A stretch of 64,000 nucleotides of DNA from the human T2T-CHM13v2.0 reference genome, Homo sapiens, in assembly GCF_009914755.1 (NCBI RefSeq), contig NC_060932.1. One strand, given 5' to 3'. Below the pieces are notes generated by a model. That model was given only the letters and a program-made list of their open reading frames with translations. It had not been told where the DNA came from and did not search any database. Numbering within the stretch: the stretch's first letter is position 1; each line of letters begins with the position of its first letter. Below are positions 26,314-40,965 of the stretch, piece after piece. A program made the position numbers and the translations under genes.

Positions 26314-26829
26314 TGAAACTGTGCCCCCAAGAATTAAAGAAACCATTGACTAGCAGAAATTCTTAAGCTTGCAGGATGGCATATAAGAAAACTTACTGAA
26401 ATACTCAAACTCCCTCCGCTTGTAACAAGACCAGCTGAAATCATTTGGAACCATTTTGGCCAAATGAAGTTTATACACAATAAGCTTGCTGACATCACAG
26501 CCTGAATTTCCACCGTGTGTTTTATACTAACTCCCCCCAAATTTGCACATGGGACCCATGAGGAAGCATAAAGAGACAACTGTGCATGCCCAAGGACTTT
26601 CTACACCTCCCTTTCCTTCTACCAATCACCTAAAGATCCTAGGATCCACCCCCAAACCATTTCTAATAAAACTACTGCTTTAAAGCTAGCTTGGGGAGAC
26701 AGATTTGAGCTTGACCTCCTATCTCCTTGTGAGTCTACTTGCAATAAAAGCTTTTCTTTTCTCAAAAACCCGGTATCATAGTACTGACTTCTAGTGCATC
26801 AGGCAAGGAGCTTCACCTGCTTGATAACG
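26314..26829 (+). mobile_element. ERV1-class solo LTR (subfamily uncertain)
   Basis: Begins TGAAACTG; internal ccaat, aataaa and gggagacagatttgag motifs; 4-bp flanks taat/taac. Confidence 0.75.
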
Positions 26830-27769
26830 TAACTGGGTAAGAATCTGAAGAACTAGCATATACAAAGTACTCTTTTACCAAAAGACATTAATAAGCATCA
26901 GAATCTGTGCTAAAATAATATTTATATTATCTTAAATTTTAAAAATACATAAAAGAATAATTTTCTAGAAATGTTTCCCCATGTTTTTCTGCAGCAATAC
27001 TAATGAGGGATAGATGTCAAAGTCTGTCACCTCTGAACCCTGCATGTACTTTAAGCTATGGGGTGGAAAGCTCAAAATCAACACAACACTCAAGTCTTAG
27101 AATTTGTAGTTATACTCTTGCTTGTGGGTTTTTAATTTTGGTCATTACTTTTTAACTAATATTTTATTAAATATTAAGTAAATAAATGTAAAAGACAGAT
27201 GAGAAAACTCATATAATAGAGAAGCTGAGTGGATGAAATAGAATTGGAATCTTGTATATCTTTTTGTAGACCAGGAACTTTTAATTTACTCTGTGCTACC
27301 ATACTGTCTCATTTAAGCTAACTACAACAAAGTATAAGTGCTTTGGATGGAATGCCTATGTCATAGTTAATTACATCATTTAAAATAGGTTCCAAGACAA
27401 CCTACATATAGTAGGTAATTTTTTGTGCAATAAATAAAACTCTGGGAAGTATTTTTTCTCTAAGTTTAAGCGGAAACACAAGTTCATACAAGGTATTTAG
27501 CTATGGGGTGGGGGGTCGCCTAAAGTAGAGATTAAAAGTATTCAAGTAAGTATTTTTTTATAACAAAGAAAATAAAATTATTTCTTTGGAGATCTTTAAA
27601 GATAACTTAATAATTTTCAAATCCATCAGATTGCTAGTGATAAGAACTCAGTATCCAGCTGGCCCAAAGTGCAATATAAGAACCAAAACGCTGACAGCTA
27701 AGAGAAATTGGGATTCCACAATATTTAAGAAATGTGCTAATGCCACCCAACTCCAGATGTAAGACTTTG

Positions 27770-28300
27770 TTTCCTTTGCTGTTATAACAAATTCTCACAA
27801 ACTTAATGGATTAAAAAGCATAAATTTATTATTTTAGTTATGCAGATAAGTCAGACATGACTCTCACTGGGCTAAAATCAAGGTGTCATCTGTCTGGATT
27901 GTGTTCCTTTCTGAGGTTCTAGGGGAGGATCTCTTTCCAAGTTGGCAGAACTGAATTACCAGCAAGGAGATTTCCCAGCTTCTAGAAGTTACCCACCATC
28001 CTTGGCTCATAATCTCCTTTTTTCATCTTCAAAGCCAGAAAAGGCAAGCTGAGTCCCCCTCATATCTTTTTTCTTTCATCTCTGCTCTCTGATCCATTCT
28101 TCTGCCTCCCTCTTCTGTTACTAAAAGCTCCTGTGATTAAACTGAGCCCACTAATATCACCTCAGATAATCACTCATCTCCAGGTCTGTAACCTCAATCA
28201 CACCTGCAAAGTCCTTTCTGCTATGTAAGGTGATATATTCACAGGTTCTGGGGAGTAGGATGTGGACATCTTTGGGGAAGCATTATGCTGCTTACCACAC
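27770..28300. mobile_element. MLT1-type MaLR LTR
   Basis: gggctaaaatcaaggtgtc...ttcacaggttctgggga.taggatgtggacatctttgggg...taccaca. Confidence 0.78.
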
Positions 28301-29214
28301 ACAGATTCTGAACTTGGCCCCTCAATGATACGAAGAACTTGTTTTTCCCCACAACTCTCCCTCTGCTGTGCACAGCTTTATCTTTATCCACATCCAGCTC
28401 CCATGATGGTCACAAGAAGAAAGCTGGTAGCAACGAGGCTTCCTTGCTCACAGCCACCAGAAGAGAAACAGACTTCACCTTCCCAGGATTTCCAAGCAAG
28501 TCTTATGCTATGGTTGTTTAAAAATAACGACTAGGCTTGTACATCAATAAACTCATAAAGCAAGGGGAATTGGACAAAAAATGGTTAGGCTAATTATAAA
28601 AGATGATCTAGAATTGTTAGGAAAACTGCAGTCTACTCATTTGGCTACGCTTTTTCACACATACCCTTCTTCTAACACATATACTTTCAAAAACGCTCAT
28701 TCACACAAAGCACTTTCAATCCACCTCACAAGGAGGGAACAACCCAAAGTCTCACTGAATTACTACATCCAACTCCAGATCCATGATGATCACATGGATG
28801 AAATGCCTTCATTTCCAATAGATCTGGATATAGATCTAAATAACCAACGTTCCTTTAGGTGACTTACGGCTAGGTTTAAATTATCTAAACCCAAAATACA
28901 ATGGTGGAGGAAAAAATACAATTAAATTCTAAAAAGTAAAGAATGCTAACAATTGTCAGTATTAACTTGTCCTTAGCACAAGTATATCCTTCTGTAAAGA
29001 AGTAGCTGGGATTCCTTGCTCTCAAAATTCCAAAGGCTAGTAACTATAGCAGGAGATCTTGTTCAGACAATGGGTGAGAGTAAGAATGTCTGTCTCTTGG
29101 CAACAAGCCTCTGGGACCTTCCCACCATCCAAGGCCCTCAATCTATAATGAACTTCATATAGTGGATTTCAACTTGAAACTATCAATTTCTACCCCCAGA
29201 TTGCATTTAAAATA

Positions 29215-30138
29215 CAGTCATGTGCCATAGTAGACATTTTTGTTAACGACAAACCAAAAATACAATGGTGGTCCCGTAAGATTATAATGGAGCTGAAAAA
29301 TTCCTATTGCCTAGTGATAGCTTAGGTCTCACAGTGTCATAGCATAATGCATCACTTTCATGTCTGTGGTGATGGTGGTGCACTGCCAGTCATATAAAAG
29401 TATAGCATGTATGATTATGTACAGTACACAATACTTGTTAATAATAAATGACTATGTTGTTGGTTTATGTATTTAGTATACTATACTTTTTATTTTAGAG
29501 TATATGATCTCTCCTTATTAAAATAAATTAATTGTAAGACAGCCTCAGGCTAGTACTTCAGGAAGTATTCCTGAAGAAGGCATTGTTATCATAGAAGATG
29601 ACAGCTCCATGCACGTTACTGCACCTGAAGACCTTCCAGTGGGACAGATGTGGAGGTGGAAGTCAATGATATTGATGATCCTGACCCTGTGTAGCTTTAG
29701 GCTTATGTGTGTGTTTGTGTCTTAAGTTTTTAAATAAAGAGTTCTAAAAGTTAAAAAAAACAAAAAACAGAAAAAAGTGTATAGAATAAGGATAAAAATA
29801 TTTTGTACAGTTGCACAACGTATTTGTGTTTTAAGCTACATGTTATTACAAAAGGGTCAAAAAGTTAGACTTTTAAAGTTTATAAAGTAAAAATATTACA
29901 GTAAGCTAAGGTTTATTATTGAGAAAATTAAAAAATACATTTAGCGTAGCCTAAGTGTACAGTGTTTATAATGTCTACAGTAGTAACAGGTATACGATAT
30001 AGTTGAGGTGTATAAGTAGGCTACACCATCTAGGTTTGTGTAATTCCACTCTACGATGTTTACACAATGACGAAATTGCCCAATGATGCATTTCTCACAA
30101 CATATTCCTGTCATTAAGCAACGTGTATCTTTGCTGTA
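29215..30138. mobile_element. Tigger3/MER7-like DNA transposon
   Basis: Starts cagtcatgtgcc...ggtggtcccgtaagattataatggagctg; matching 3' region. Confidence 0.82.
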
Positions 30139-31938
30139 TAAACTTGAGTAGTTCCACTTACTAGGCAGAAAATATTTAAAAGGAGTTATTTGGGAAAGAT
30201 TTAATGCAACAGATTTGTGCTTTACCACATCTTTATCCCCTGTTAAATCTCATTCCTTTTAAACCCATATTCACCCTAACTTTGGAAAGGATTAATTACC
30301 TATTTCAAGCTAATCTTGCAAAGCTGAACTGTGAAACTAGGCCACAAAGTGATTCTTTTTTATTGAATCTGAATTTTCTACGATTGAGAAAATAATGTTT
30401 CTTGTGTCTAAACGGGAAATGGTCAAGGCACTCTAATATGCTGAGTTTTTGGTAGAAATTTTCTCAAAAACTACAGCCTCATGAAACACAGGATCTGTGC
30501 CCTAAGGTACAGATTATCACCAATTTCCCATTTGGGAATACTGGAGGGGTGGGGATTCCTCATTGCCCTCTTCCCTTGAAGTAAATCCGTATTTTAGAAT
30601 CTCTTACCTACAAGTACCCCTTTCCCAGTACCAAATTCAGTTCCAGTTGGGTTATCATTGACTTCAAGTACAGAAACCCATTCAAACTGGCTTGTGTTGC
30701 CAGACTCAGTTTTGCACTTTGAACACAAGAACAAGATAAAACTCAAAATATACTAGGAGAATGAGACACAAATCAATATATTGTAGTAAGTACCATAAAA
30801 TGAGTATAAATAACTATGGGAAACAAATGAGTTTTTGTCTAATTGGGCAAATAGCTAAGAAAACAATAAATCCTATACATGTTGGTCATTTACAATGTTT
30901 TAACAGCCCTATCACTGGGTACTTGTTCTAACTTTTCTATAACACTAACAGGGAGAAATAACTTGTTTGAAAGGACAAAAATTTTAATGTCCAAAATAAG
31001 CAAAACCAAAGAACCGTGTCAGGAATTCATTTTTGATCAAAGTGTTTTTCAACTTGGAAGTCATTGGATATACCCAGTCCTTTTTACCTACAAAACTGTG
31101 TTTTTAAGAGGAAAGGCAATATACCACAACAAATTCTGTCATTCCCATTAATTCCAAATCTCCAGACACCAAGTGTGGCAGCATGTTTGAATCAAGAGGA
31201 ATCAATTCTAAAATGAACAAGCCAAAACATTCCAAAACGAGTTCCACATGTGGGTCTATCAAGCTCTAGTTAGGTTTTAAGTTAAACAGTGAGAAATGGC
31301 AAAGGAGACAAGTTAGAAGAAAATATAGGAATGCTAAATTGTGCTTACACAAAATCTATACCTATAATTAAAAATGCTTACAATGAGAACTTTGCATATG
31401 CTCTTATTCTTATCAAAATGACAATAATATGCCTTCCAAAAAACCTGGAGAAGTACTTTAAAAAATTATGTGTGAGAAATGGCATCAACATAGAATAGTT
31501 CTAGTGGAATAGCTGGAAACAGCTGGCTACAATCCTCTCAAATTAAAACATCAACCCAGTCTCTTAAGGGCTGGGTTCAAGAGTAAAAAGAAGTTACTTT
31601 TTGATTACTTCGACTGCAGTTTTACATTATCTAGGAGGTGTGAGGGATCTACAAATTGCCTGCTTAATAAAGGTGCTGATGCATGTTTCTGAAAAATTTA
31701 TCAAGGTTAAAAAATTGGAAGGAGGTGTCTGAAATCTCACTACATTAATACATAAAACTAATCAAATCTCACACTTGGCTTTCAATGTTACAAAAGACTA
31801 TGAGAATGTAACAAAAAATAATCTGTGTTTTCTTAGTAATAACTTACTAAATCTCATATGGTAGAAATGAATTAGCATAAAACTCCATAGTAACAAACAC
31901 AACAAAATCTCAAACACGTTTAGATCATAGTAACTTAC

Positions 31939-32104
31939 CTCTTAGCAGTAAAATTTTTTTCCAGTTCCTCATTGTGAACCAGTTTTGTATCCCCAAACTG
32001 CCATAACGACTGCAGATCACAGTTTACATCAAGCCTGCACTGGTTAAGAGTATCATGTATAAAACTATACTCTCTACTATTGGTGTAACAAGGTGACAAG
32101 TAAA
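31939..32104 (-). CDS. TEX15: TEX15 coding exon, 166 nt (VYLSPCYTNSREYSFIHDTLNQCRLDVNCDLQSLWQFGDTKLVHNEELEKNFTAKR)
   Basis: ctttttctacctttag|TT acceptor, AG|gtaagt donor; phase 1 in, phase 2 out. Confidence 0.95.
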
Positions 32105-32811
32105 CTAAAGGTAGAAAAAGAGAAAGCAGTTGTATTTAAAATGACATTATTGGACATCTGTACAATGACAACTGTATCTCTAAGACACAAAATAACTAAG
32201 TACTGGAATTTTCATTAACAACATAAGGCAACCATTTGTATTTAAGATTCTACAACAGTAATGTAGACCTCCTATACTTGATATAAATGAAAATATGAAC
32301 CATGATTTTCTCCACATACCTATTAAGAGTTCTTAAAAGTTGACACATACAGATATGACAGTCCCAGAATTTTCAACTTAAGATGTTGCAACTCTGACTG
32401 TACAATGCACATCATTACACAAATCTGGCAGCTACTGTTAGTGCATGAGTATTTGCCAAGTAAAGATAAGGCAATCTGCACATTAGAAAATGATTGGGTT
32501 ATTTTGATTTGCAAAAGTACAAGAACATGTGTGTAAGATGCTGCCTGATACAGTGGCATGTGAAAGAGGAAACAGACTTTCTTAGGACAGTGAGCATCTC
32601 CAGCATTGTTGTAGTAAATAGATGCATAAAAGGATAAAATCCTATGGAAGTGAACTCAGAGGAAAGCAAGGAGCAAATATAATTGACTATTGTTATTGGT
32701 GGTAGTTATATTCCACAAAGTTCCCACCAACATCGAGTCACAAACACTGTGTCACAAACTACTGTTCTTGGGGGAAAGGAAAGGGTTAAGTTACTGTGGG
32801 CATCTGGTCAA

Positions 32812-33117
32812 TTTTTTTTTTTTTTTCCTTAGAGACAGGCTCTCACTCAGTAGCCCAGGCTGGAGTGCAGTGGTATGATCATTTCTCACTGTAACCTCTA
32901 ACTCCTGGGCTCCAGCGATCCTCCTGCCTTGGCTTCCTGTGTAGCTGGGACTACAGGCACAGGCCCAACATGCCCAGCTAGCTTTTCTTTTATTTTTTGT
33001 AGAGATGGGGTCGCTATGTTGTCCAAGCTGGTCTCAAATTCCTGGGCTCAAGCGATCCTCTCCAACCTTGGCCTCCCAAAGTGCTGGGATTACAGACAAG
33101 AGCCACTGTGCTGATCC
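32812..33117 (-). mobile_element. AluJ-like
   Basis: Antisense Alu; flanking ctggtcaa repeat. Confidence 0.9.
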
Positions 33118-33774
33118 TGGTCAAATTTTTGACCACCAAAATGCCATCTGCATTATGTAGATTCTTCTGCCAACATCTTTATAAAACAAACCAATCTCAT
33201 CAGTTTTGAAAACTTGTTCTTCCATTTTCCTATGTGACATTTAGCTGGTTATTTAAAAAAATTCTTTCTTAACATCCTGATCTGCAGAACCCATCTGCCT
33301 GCAAGTTCAATATTTTTCATATTGCATCTATCACCTTTTGAAATGTTTGAGTCAAATAGCACTAGCCAAGAAGGGTTTAACATTTTCCTGACTCTGGGTA
33401 ATGTGACCTAAGTTCTTCCGGCTTTTAGCTTCACAACAATGCTGCCCACTATGTTTTTTTAATTAGCCATAACGAAATCTCATGAATCTATAAATTTAGC
33501 TGCTTTTCTATCTTTCCCAGAGTTTCATCAGGCACTACAGATGTTACCTTAGCACTTTTTGGTGAGGCCTGATGTACAGATTGGCAAGTTTCTTCCTCCT
33601 CTCCCTGGAAATACATTAACATTGAACTCAGGCCTGAGTGAAGCTTACCTAAAATGTGTTTTCTCTGTAAGGCATATCATAACCTTCTTGACCTTAGGAA
33701 CACTAGACCACACTTCAGCATTACACTTGGAGACCATTTAAAGTAGTGAAATCACCAACAAAAATGTTAACAAT

Positions 33775-34099
33775 TGATATGGTTTGGCTGTGTCCCTACC
33801 CAGATCTCATCTTGTAGTTCCCATCATCTCATGTGTCATGGGAGGGACCCAGTGGAAGGTAATTGAATCATGGGGGCAGTTACCCCATGCTAGTCTTGAG
33901 ATAGTGAGTTTTTACAAGATCTGATGGTTTTATAAGGGGCCTTTCCCTCCTTGCTGAGCTCTTCTTTCTCCTGACTCCATGTGAAGAAGGACATGTTTGC
34001 TTACCCTTCTGCCATGATTGTAAGTTTCCTAAGGCCTCACCAGCCATGGGGAACTGTGAGTCAATTAAATCTTTTATTAAAAAAAATAGGACTAATACA
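33775..34099. mobile_element. THE1 MaLR solo LTR
   Basis: tgatatggtttggctgtgtccc...gactaataca; 5-bp TSD acaat. Confidence 0.9.
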
Positions 34100-35384
34100 A
34101 CAATGTAGCACCATCACTAGGAAAAGAACACTTATTGCAGTATGAGAGCTGAAACAACAAGGCAGGGCATGGCCTCATTTGACCTTAAATGAGAATGCAT
34201 GCATTGGGTAACTCAAATTCTAGAGCCCTACGTGCATGTCTGTGAAAGCATTGCTGAGTAACAAGTTCGGACAAAAAAGCACTGCTGACTGTTGATTGTG
34301 AATTTTACCAAGTAGGAAATTCACAAACATGGAATCCTCAAATAATGAAGATTGACTATATAGAAGGTTTAAGGCAACTTCCATATAAATGAACCTAATT
34401 AACAATTTGCCCCTTAAATTTAGCTTATCAACAGAAGTTAACATAATGACAAAAACAATATAAAACACTATAACCAGCTGATTTCAGTAACAATTCATTC
34501 CTCATTCCCATTTTTAATTCTATTATTGACCCCCAAAATGATTTTCATTTTAGTATTTGTAATAATTATTACAAATTTTGATAGTTTCATAACATATGAT
34601 GTAGAAATTTTGATAGTTTTATAACATGATGATTTTGTGGATGTATAACTTTTTATTTTGAAATGAATCTAGATTCACAGGAAGTTGCAAAAACAGTTCA
34701 CAGAGGTCCTGTGTACCCTTAACCCAGTTTCCTCCAGTGGAAACATGTAACTATAATCCAGTATCAAAACTAGGAAAATGACATTGGTACAAGCCACAGA
34801 CCTTATTAAGACTTTACCAACCAGTTTTACATCCACTTGTGTGTGTAGTTCTATGTAATTTTATCACACGTAGATTTGTGTAACAATCACCCTAAGATAC
34901 AGAACTGCTCTATCACCAGAGACATCCCTTCTGCCACTCCTTTATATATTTTTTCATACTGAAACTCTCCCACACCCCCATTCTCCTACCCTGTCCCTAA
35001 ATCCTGAAAATTATTACTCTCTTCTCCGTATGCATACTTTTGTCATTTCTAGAATATTTGTAAATGAAATTTTGTAGTATGAGACCTGTAAAGATTGCTT
35101 TTTTTTTTTTTTTTTGCTTAGCATACTGCCTCTGAGATTCAACCAAGTTGTTATATGAGTAGATTGTTTCTTTTTATTGCTAAGTAGTATACCATGGTAT
35201 GAATGTGCCAGTTTGTTTAACCATTTACTCATTAGAAATTTGGGTGGTTGTCAGTTTTTGGTTATTACAAATTAAGCTGCTGTGTACATTCATGTATAGG
35301 TTTTTGTGTGAACATCATTTTTTGTTTGCCAGAGAAAAATGCCCAAGGGAAGGACGGCTGGATCATATGGCAGTTGCATGCTTA

Positions 35385-35785
<401 letters not shown>

Positions 35786-37034
35786 TGAGTAGCTGGAACT
35801 ACAAGCACATGCCACTGGGCATGGCTGCATGTTTAGTTTTTAAAGATGATGCCAAATTGTTTTCTGGAGTGGCTGTGCTATCTTACATTCCCTAATGGCA
35901 ATACACAAGTGAGTTGTTGTCTCCCATCCTCACTGGCATTTGGTACTGTTATTGTTTTCTTTTTCAGCTATTCTAACAAGTATATAGTTACATCTCATTG
36001 TGGTTTTCATATGCATTTCCTTAATGGCTATGATGTTGAACATCTTTTGATAAGCCCATTTGCCATCAGTGTATTCTCTCTGGTGAAAAGTCTATTCATG
36101 TCTTTTTCTTGTTTTCTAACTGGATTGCCTTTTTTTTTTTACCTACTGAACTTTGAAAGTGCTTTATATGTTCCAGATGTAAGTCCTTGCTCAGATAAAC
36201 GATCTGCAAATGCTTTTTTCCCCATTCCTAGCTTATCTTCTCACCTTCCTAACAGAGTCTTTCGCAGAGCAAAAGTTTCTGATTTTCATGAAAGTGAATT
36301 TCTTCTTTCTTTTATAGATTGTGTTTTTGGTATCATGTCTAAGAACTCCTTATCCAAGCTGAGATCCTGAAGATGTTCTCTCATGTTTTCTTCTAGACGT
36401 TTTATAGCTTCACATTTTACATTTAAGCCCAAGGTTCATTCGGAATTATTTTTTGCATGAGGTTAGGGTGAAGTTCATTTTTTTGGTCTCTGGATGTCCA
36501 ATTGCTCTAGCAACATTTCTTGAAGACTATTTTTCCTCTACTGAATGCACCTTTGTTAAAAATCAATGGAAAGAAAATCAATTGAGCATATTTGCATGGG
36601 TCTGTTTTCGGAATCTTTATTCTGTTCCACAGATCTGTGTGTCTATTTCTGTGGTCACATTGTCTTTCTTACTACAGCTATATGCTAAGGCTTAACAGTG
36701 GATAGAGTATTTCCATATACTTCTTCTATTTCAAAATTGTTTTAGCTATTCTAGTTTCTTTGCCTTCCCAGGTAAGTGTCAGAATAAGCTTGCCTACCTA
36801 TGAACATCTTAGCGGGATTTTGATAGGAACTGCAATAAACCTTCAGATAAATTTGTGGTGAACTGATGTCATTATGTTGAGTCTTTTAATCCATGAGCAC
36901 ACTACATCTCTCCATTTATTTAGATTTCCTTTTTTTTTTTAAAAAAAAAAATCAGTATTTTATAGTTTATAACATAGAAACCTTACACATTTTGTTATAT
37001 TTGTACCTAAGTATTTCATTTTAAGGTTATTATC

Positions 37035-37332
37035 TTTTATTTTACTTTGAGGTGGAATCTTGCTCTGTCACCCAGGCTGGAATGCAGTGGCGTGAGCTCA
37101 GCTCATTGCAACCTCCCCCTCCTGGGTTCAAGGGATTCTCATGACTCACCCTCCCAAGTAGCTGGGATTATAGGCACCCACCACCACGCCTAGCTAATTT
37201 TTTTCTGTTTTTAGTAGAGACGGGGTTTCGCCATGTGGCCAGGCTGGTCTCCAACTCCTGACCTCAGGTGATTCACCTGCCTCAGCCTCCCAAAGTGCTG
37301 GGATTACAGGTGTGAGCCACCATGACCGGCTG
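37035..37332 (-). mobile_element. AluS
   Basis: Full antisense Alu. Confidence 0.92.
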
Positions 37333-37403
37333 CCCAAAGTTATTTTAAATGGTATTTTAAAAATTGTTTATTTCCATGTGTTCTTTGCTAGTATTTAAAA
37401 GTA

Positions 37404-37855
37404 TAGTTGACTCATGAACAATATGGGTTTGAACAGTGGGACAACTTATACTTGGATTTTCTTCCACCTCTGCTACTCCTTAAGACTGCATGACCAACCC
37501 CTCCTCTTCCTTAGCCTACTCAATGTGAAGATGATGAAGATGAAGACCTTTATGGTGATCCACTTCCATTTAAGGAATAGTAAACATATTTTCTCTTCCT
37601 TATGATTTTCTTAGTAACATTTTCTCTACCTTACTTACTGTAAAAGCATAGTAGCATATAATACGTACATAAAATTATGTGTTAATCAACTGTTCATGTT
37701 ATCAGTAAGGCTTTAGGTCAACAGTAGGCTATTTGTGTTAAAAGTTAAGTTCTGGGGGAGTGAGTTATATGCAGATTTTTCAGCTGTGTGTTTTGGGGAG
37801 GGGGTGGGGGCGGGATCAGTGCCCCTAACCCCTGGGTTGTTTATAAGTCAAATGA
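37404..37855. mobile_element. Tigger2a/MER28-like
   Basis: agttgactcatgaacaa...cccctaacccctgggttgtttataagtcaa imperfect TIRs. Confidence 0.75.
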
Positions 37856-38611
37856 ACAATTGTTTTTTTATGTTTTCATCGTATCCAGTGACCTTGCTGA
37901 ACTTACTAGTTCCAAGTTTTCCTTTCTTTTTTTTTTAAGATTCCTTAGGATTTTCCATGCAGACCATCATGTTCTCTTCAAATAGGGATAATTTTATTTC
38001 TTCTTTTCCAATCTGAATACCTGCTAATTCCTCTCCTTGGCTTTTTGTGCTGGGTACAACTTCCAGTATTATGTTGAATAAGAGTGGTGCAAGAGAACAT
38101 TCACCTCTCAGTTGTGTGCAATAATTCATTTTAAATATTGAACTCCATTTGCTAATATTGTTTAGGATATCTGCATCAATTATCACGGACAATGGTCTGT
38201 GGGGTGTTTTCCATATTATATTGGTCTCATCTTGGAACCATGGTAATATTAATCTCATATTATTATTCTCTCAATTTCTATTTTCTGGAAGAGATTGTAT
38301 AGTTTCTGTTCTTTAAATCTTTAGAATTCTCCAGTGAAACCATCTGGGCCTTAAACTTTCCTTTCTAACCATGAATTACATTTAATTGTTGTAAGACTAT
38401 TTAAATGATCTATTTAGAACTACATGTGTTTAACAGTTTGTACTTTTGATACAACCTGTGGGCCAGTAGTGATAACCCATTTCATTCTTGATAGTGGTAA
38501 TTTATGGCTTCTTTTTCCTTTGTCAGACTTGATAAAGGTTTGTCAATTTAATTGATCTTTCCAAACAACCATCTTTTTGTTGTAGTTTCATTAATTATCC
38601 TTCCATCTTGA

Positions 38612-38923
<312 letters not shown>

Positions 38924-39283
38924 CTTTCTTTTTCTGGTTTCTTAAAGGTTGGAAGCTTAAGATTATTGATCTGAAACACTCCCTCTTTTCAAATGTAAAC
39001 ATTTAGTGCTATGAACTTCCTTGTTAGCAATGCTTTAACCATGTCCCTCAAATTTGGGTATGTTGCATTTTCATTTTAGTTATATATTTCCTTTAAAATC
39101 CCATGACTATTTCAAAATGTGTTATTTACCTTACTTTTTGCAGAGATAAGGTCTCACTATGTTTCCCAGGCTGGTCTCAAATTCCTAGCCTCAAGCAAGC
39201 CCCTTGCCCCCTACTTACTTTCCAAGTGTCTTTGGAGATTTACTTTTCTGTTTGCATGTTGTCAGAGAACATATTCTGTATGA

Positions 39284-39586
<303 letters not shown>

Positions 39587-39867
39587 CTCAATTCCTTTAA
39601 CTATGTTGACATGTATCTCATGGCCCAAGATGTTGTCTGTTTTGATGCATGTTCCACAGGTGCTTGAAAGGTCTATTCTGCTACTGTTAGGTACAATAAT
39701 CTATAAATGTCAATTAGATCCTGTTGATTGACAGTGTTAGATTCTTCAATATTCTTCCTGATTTTCTGATTAGTTTTATCAATTGAGAGTACAAAGTCTC
39801 CAACTATAATTCAAAATTTGTCCATTTCTCCTTTCAGTTTTATCAGTTTTGCTTCATATATTCTGAA

Positions 39868-40220
39868 GGCTCAAGTGATCCTCCCACCTCAGCCTCCTGA
39901 GTAGCTGGCACCACAGGCACATGTCACCATGGCTGGATAATTCTTGTATTTTTTGTAGAGATGGGGTTTTTCCATGTTGCCAAACTGGTGTCAAACTCCT
40001 GGGCTCAAACAAATCTCCCACCTTGGCCTTCCAAAGTGCTGGGATTACAGGTATGAGCCACCATGACTGGCCCTGTAGTTTTTTGTTTTTTAATGTCAAT
40101 TTTATTTTTCTTTCTCTATCTTTTTTTTTAGAGACAGGGTCTCACTCTGTCATCCAGAGTGGAGTGCAGTGCTGTGATCATAGCTCACTGCAGCCTTGAA
40201 CTTCTGGGCTTAAGCCATCC
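39868..40220 (-). mobile_element. AluJ fragments
   Basis: Two diverged partial Alu segments. Confidence 0.8.
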
Positions 40221-40371
40221 TCCTGCTTCAGCTTCCCAAATAATGTTGAATTTAGACGGTTTAAGTGTAGGCAGCTCTTTAAATTTAACCAACTCTCATC
40301 CTATGGATTCAGAGACCACAGCTGAATATCCAGGAGATAACGATTCCTGGCTATTCCTTCTCAGTATTTTC

Positions 40372-40965
40372 TTTTTTTTTTAATTTTTTATTTTACTTTA
40401 AGTTCTGGGGTGCATGTGCAGAATATGCAGGTTTGTTACATAGATGTATGTGTGCCATGGTGGTTTGCTGCACCTATTGACCTATGTCATCTAAGTTCCC
40501 TTCCCTTGACCCCCACCCTCCAACAGACCCCAGTGTGTGTTGTTTCCCTCCCCGTGTCCATGTGTTCTCATTGTTCATCTCCCACGTATAAGTGAGAACA
40601 TGTGGTGTTTGGTTTTCTGTTCCTGTATTTGCAGAGGATGATGGCTTCCAGCTTCATCCATGTCTCTGCAAAGGACATGATCTCATTCCTTTTTATGGCC
40701 GCATATTCCATGATGTATATATACCACATTTTCTTAATCCAGTCTATATCACTGATGGGCATTTGGGTTGGTTCCATGTCTCTGTTACTGTAAATATTAC
40801 CGCAATAAACATATGTGTGCATGTGTCTTTATGGCAGAATGATTTATATTCCTTTGGGTATATACCCAGTAATCGGACTGCTGGGTCAAATGGTATTTCT
40901 GGTTCTGATCCTTGAGGAATTGTCACATTGTCTTCCACAATGGTTGAACTAATTTACATTTACAT
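40372..40965 (-). mobile_element. Primate L1PA/PB 3' end
   Basis: actttaagttctgggg.gcatgtgcagaa...gctgggtcaaatggtatttct...ccacaatggttgaactaatttaca. Confidence 0.88.

Larger units (their letters stand above)
32683..34360. mobile_element. Tigger-family DNA transposon relic hosting an Alu and a THE1 LTR
   Basis: Tigger-like termini and a degraded internal region; subfamily uncertain. Confidence 0.55.

Noticed and set aside
35846-36370. 174-aa ORF, the longest in the track
   Set aside because: Antisense reading of degraded L1 sequence
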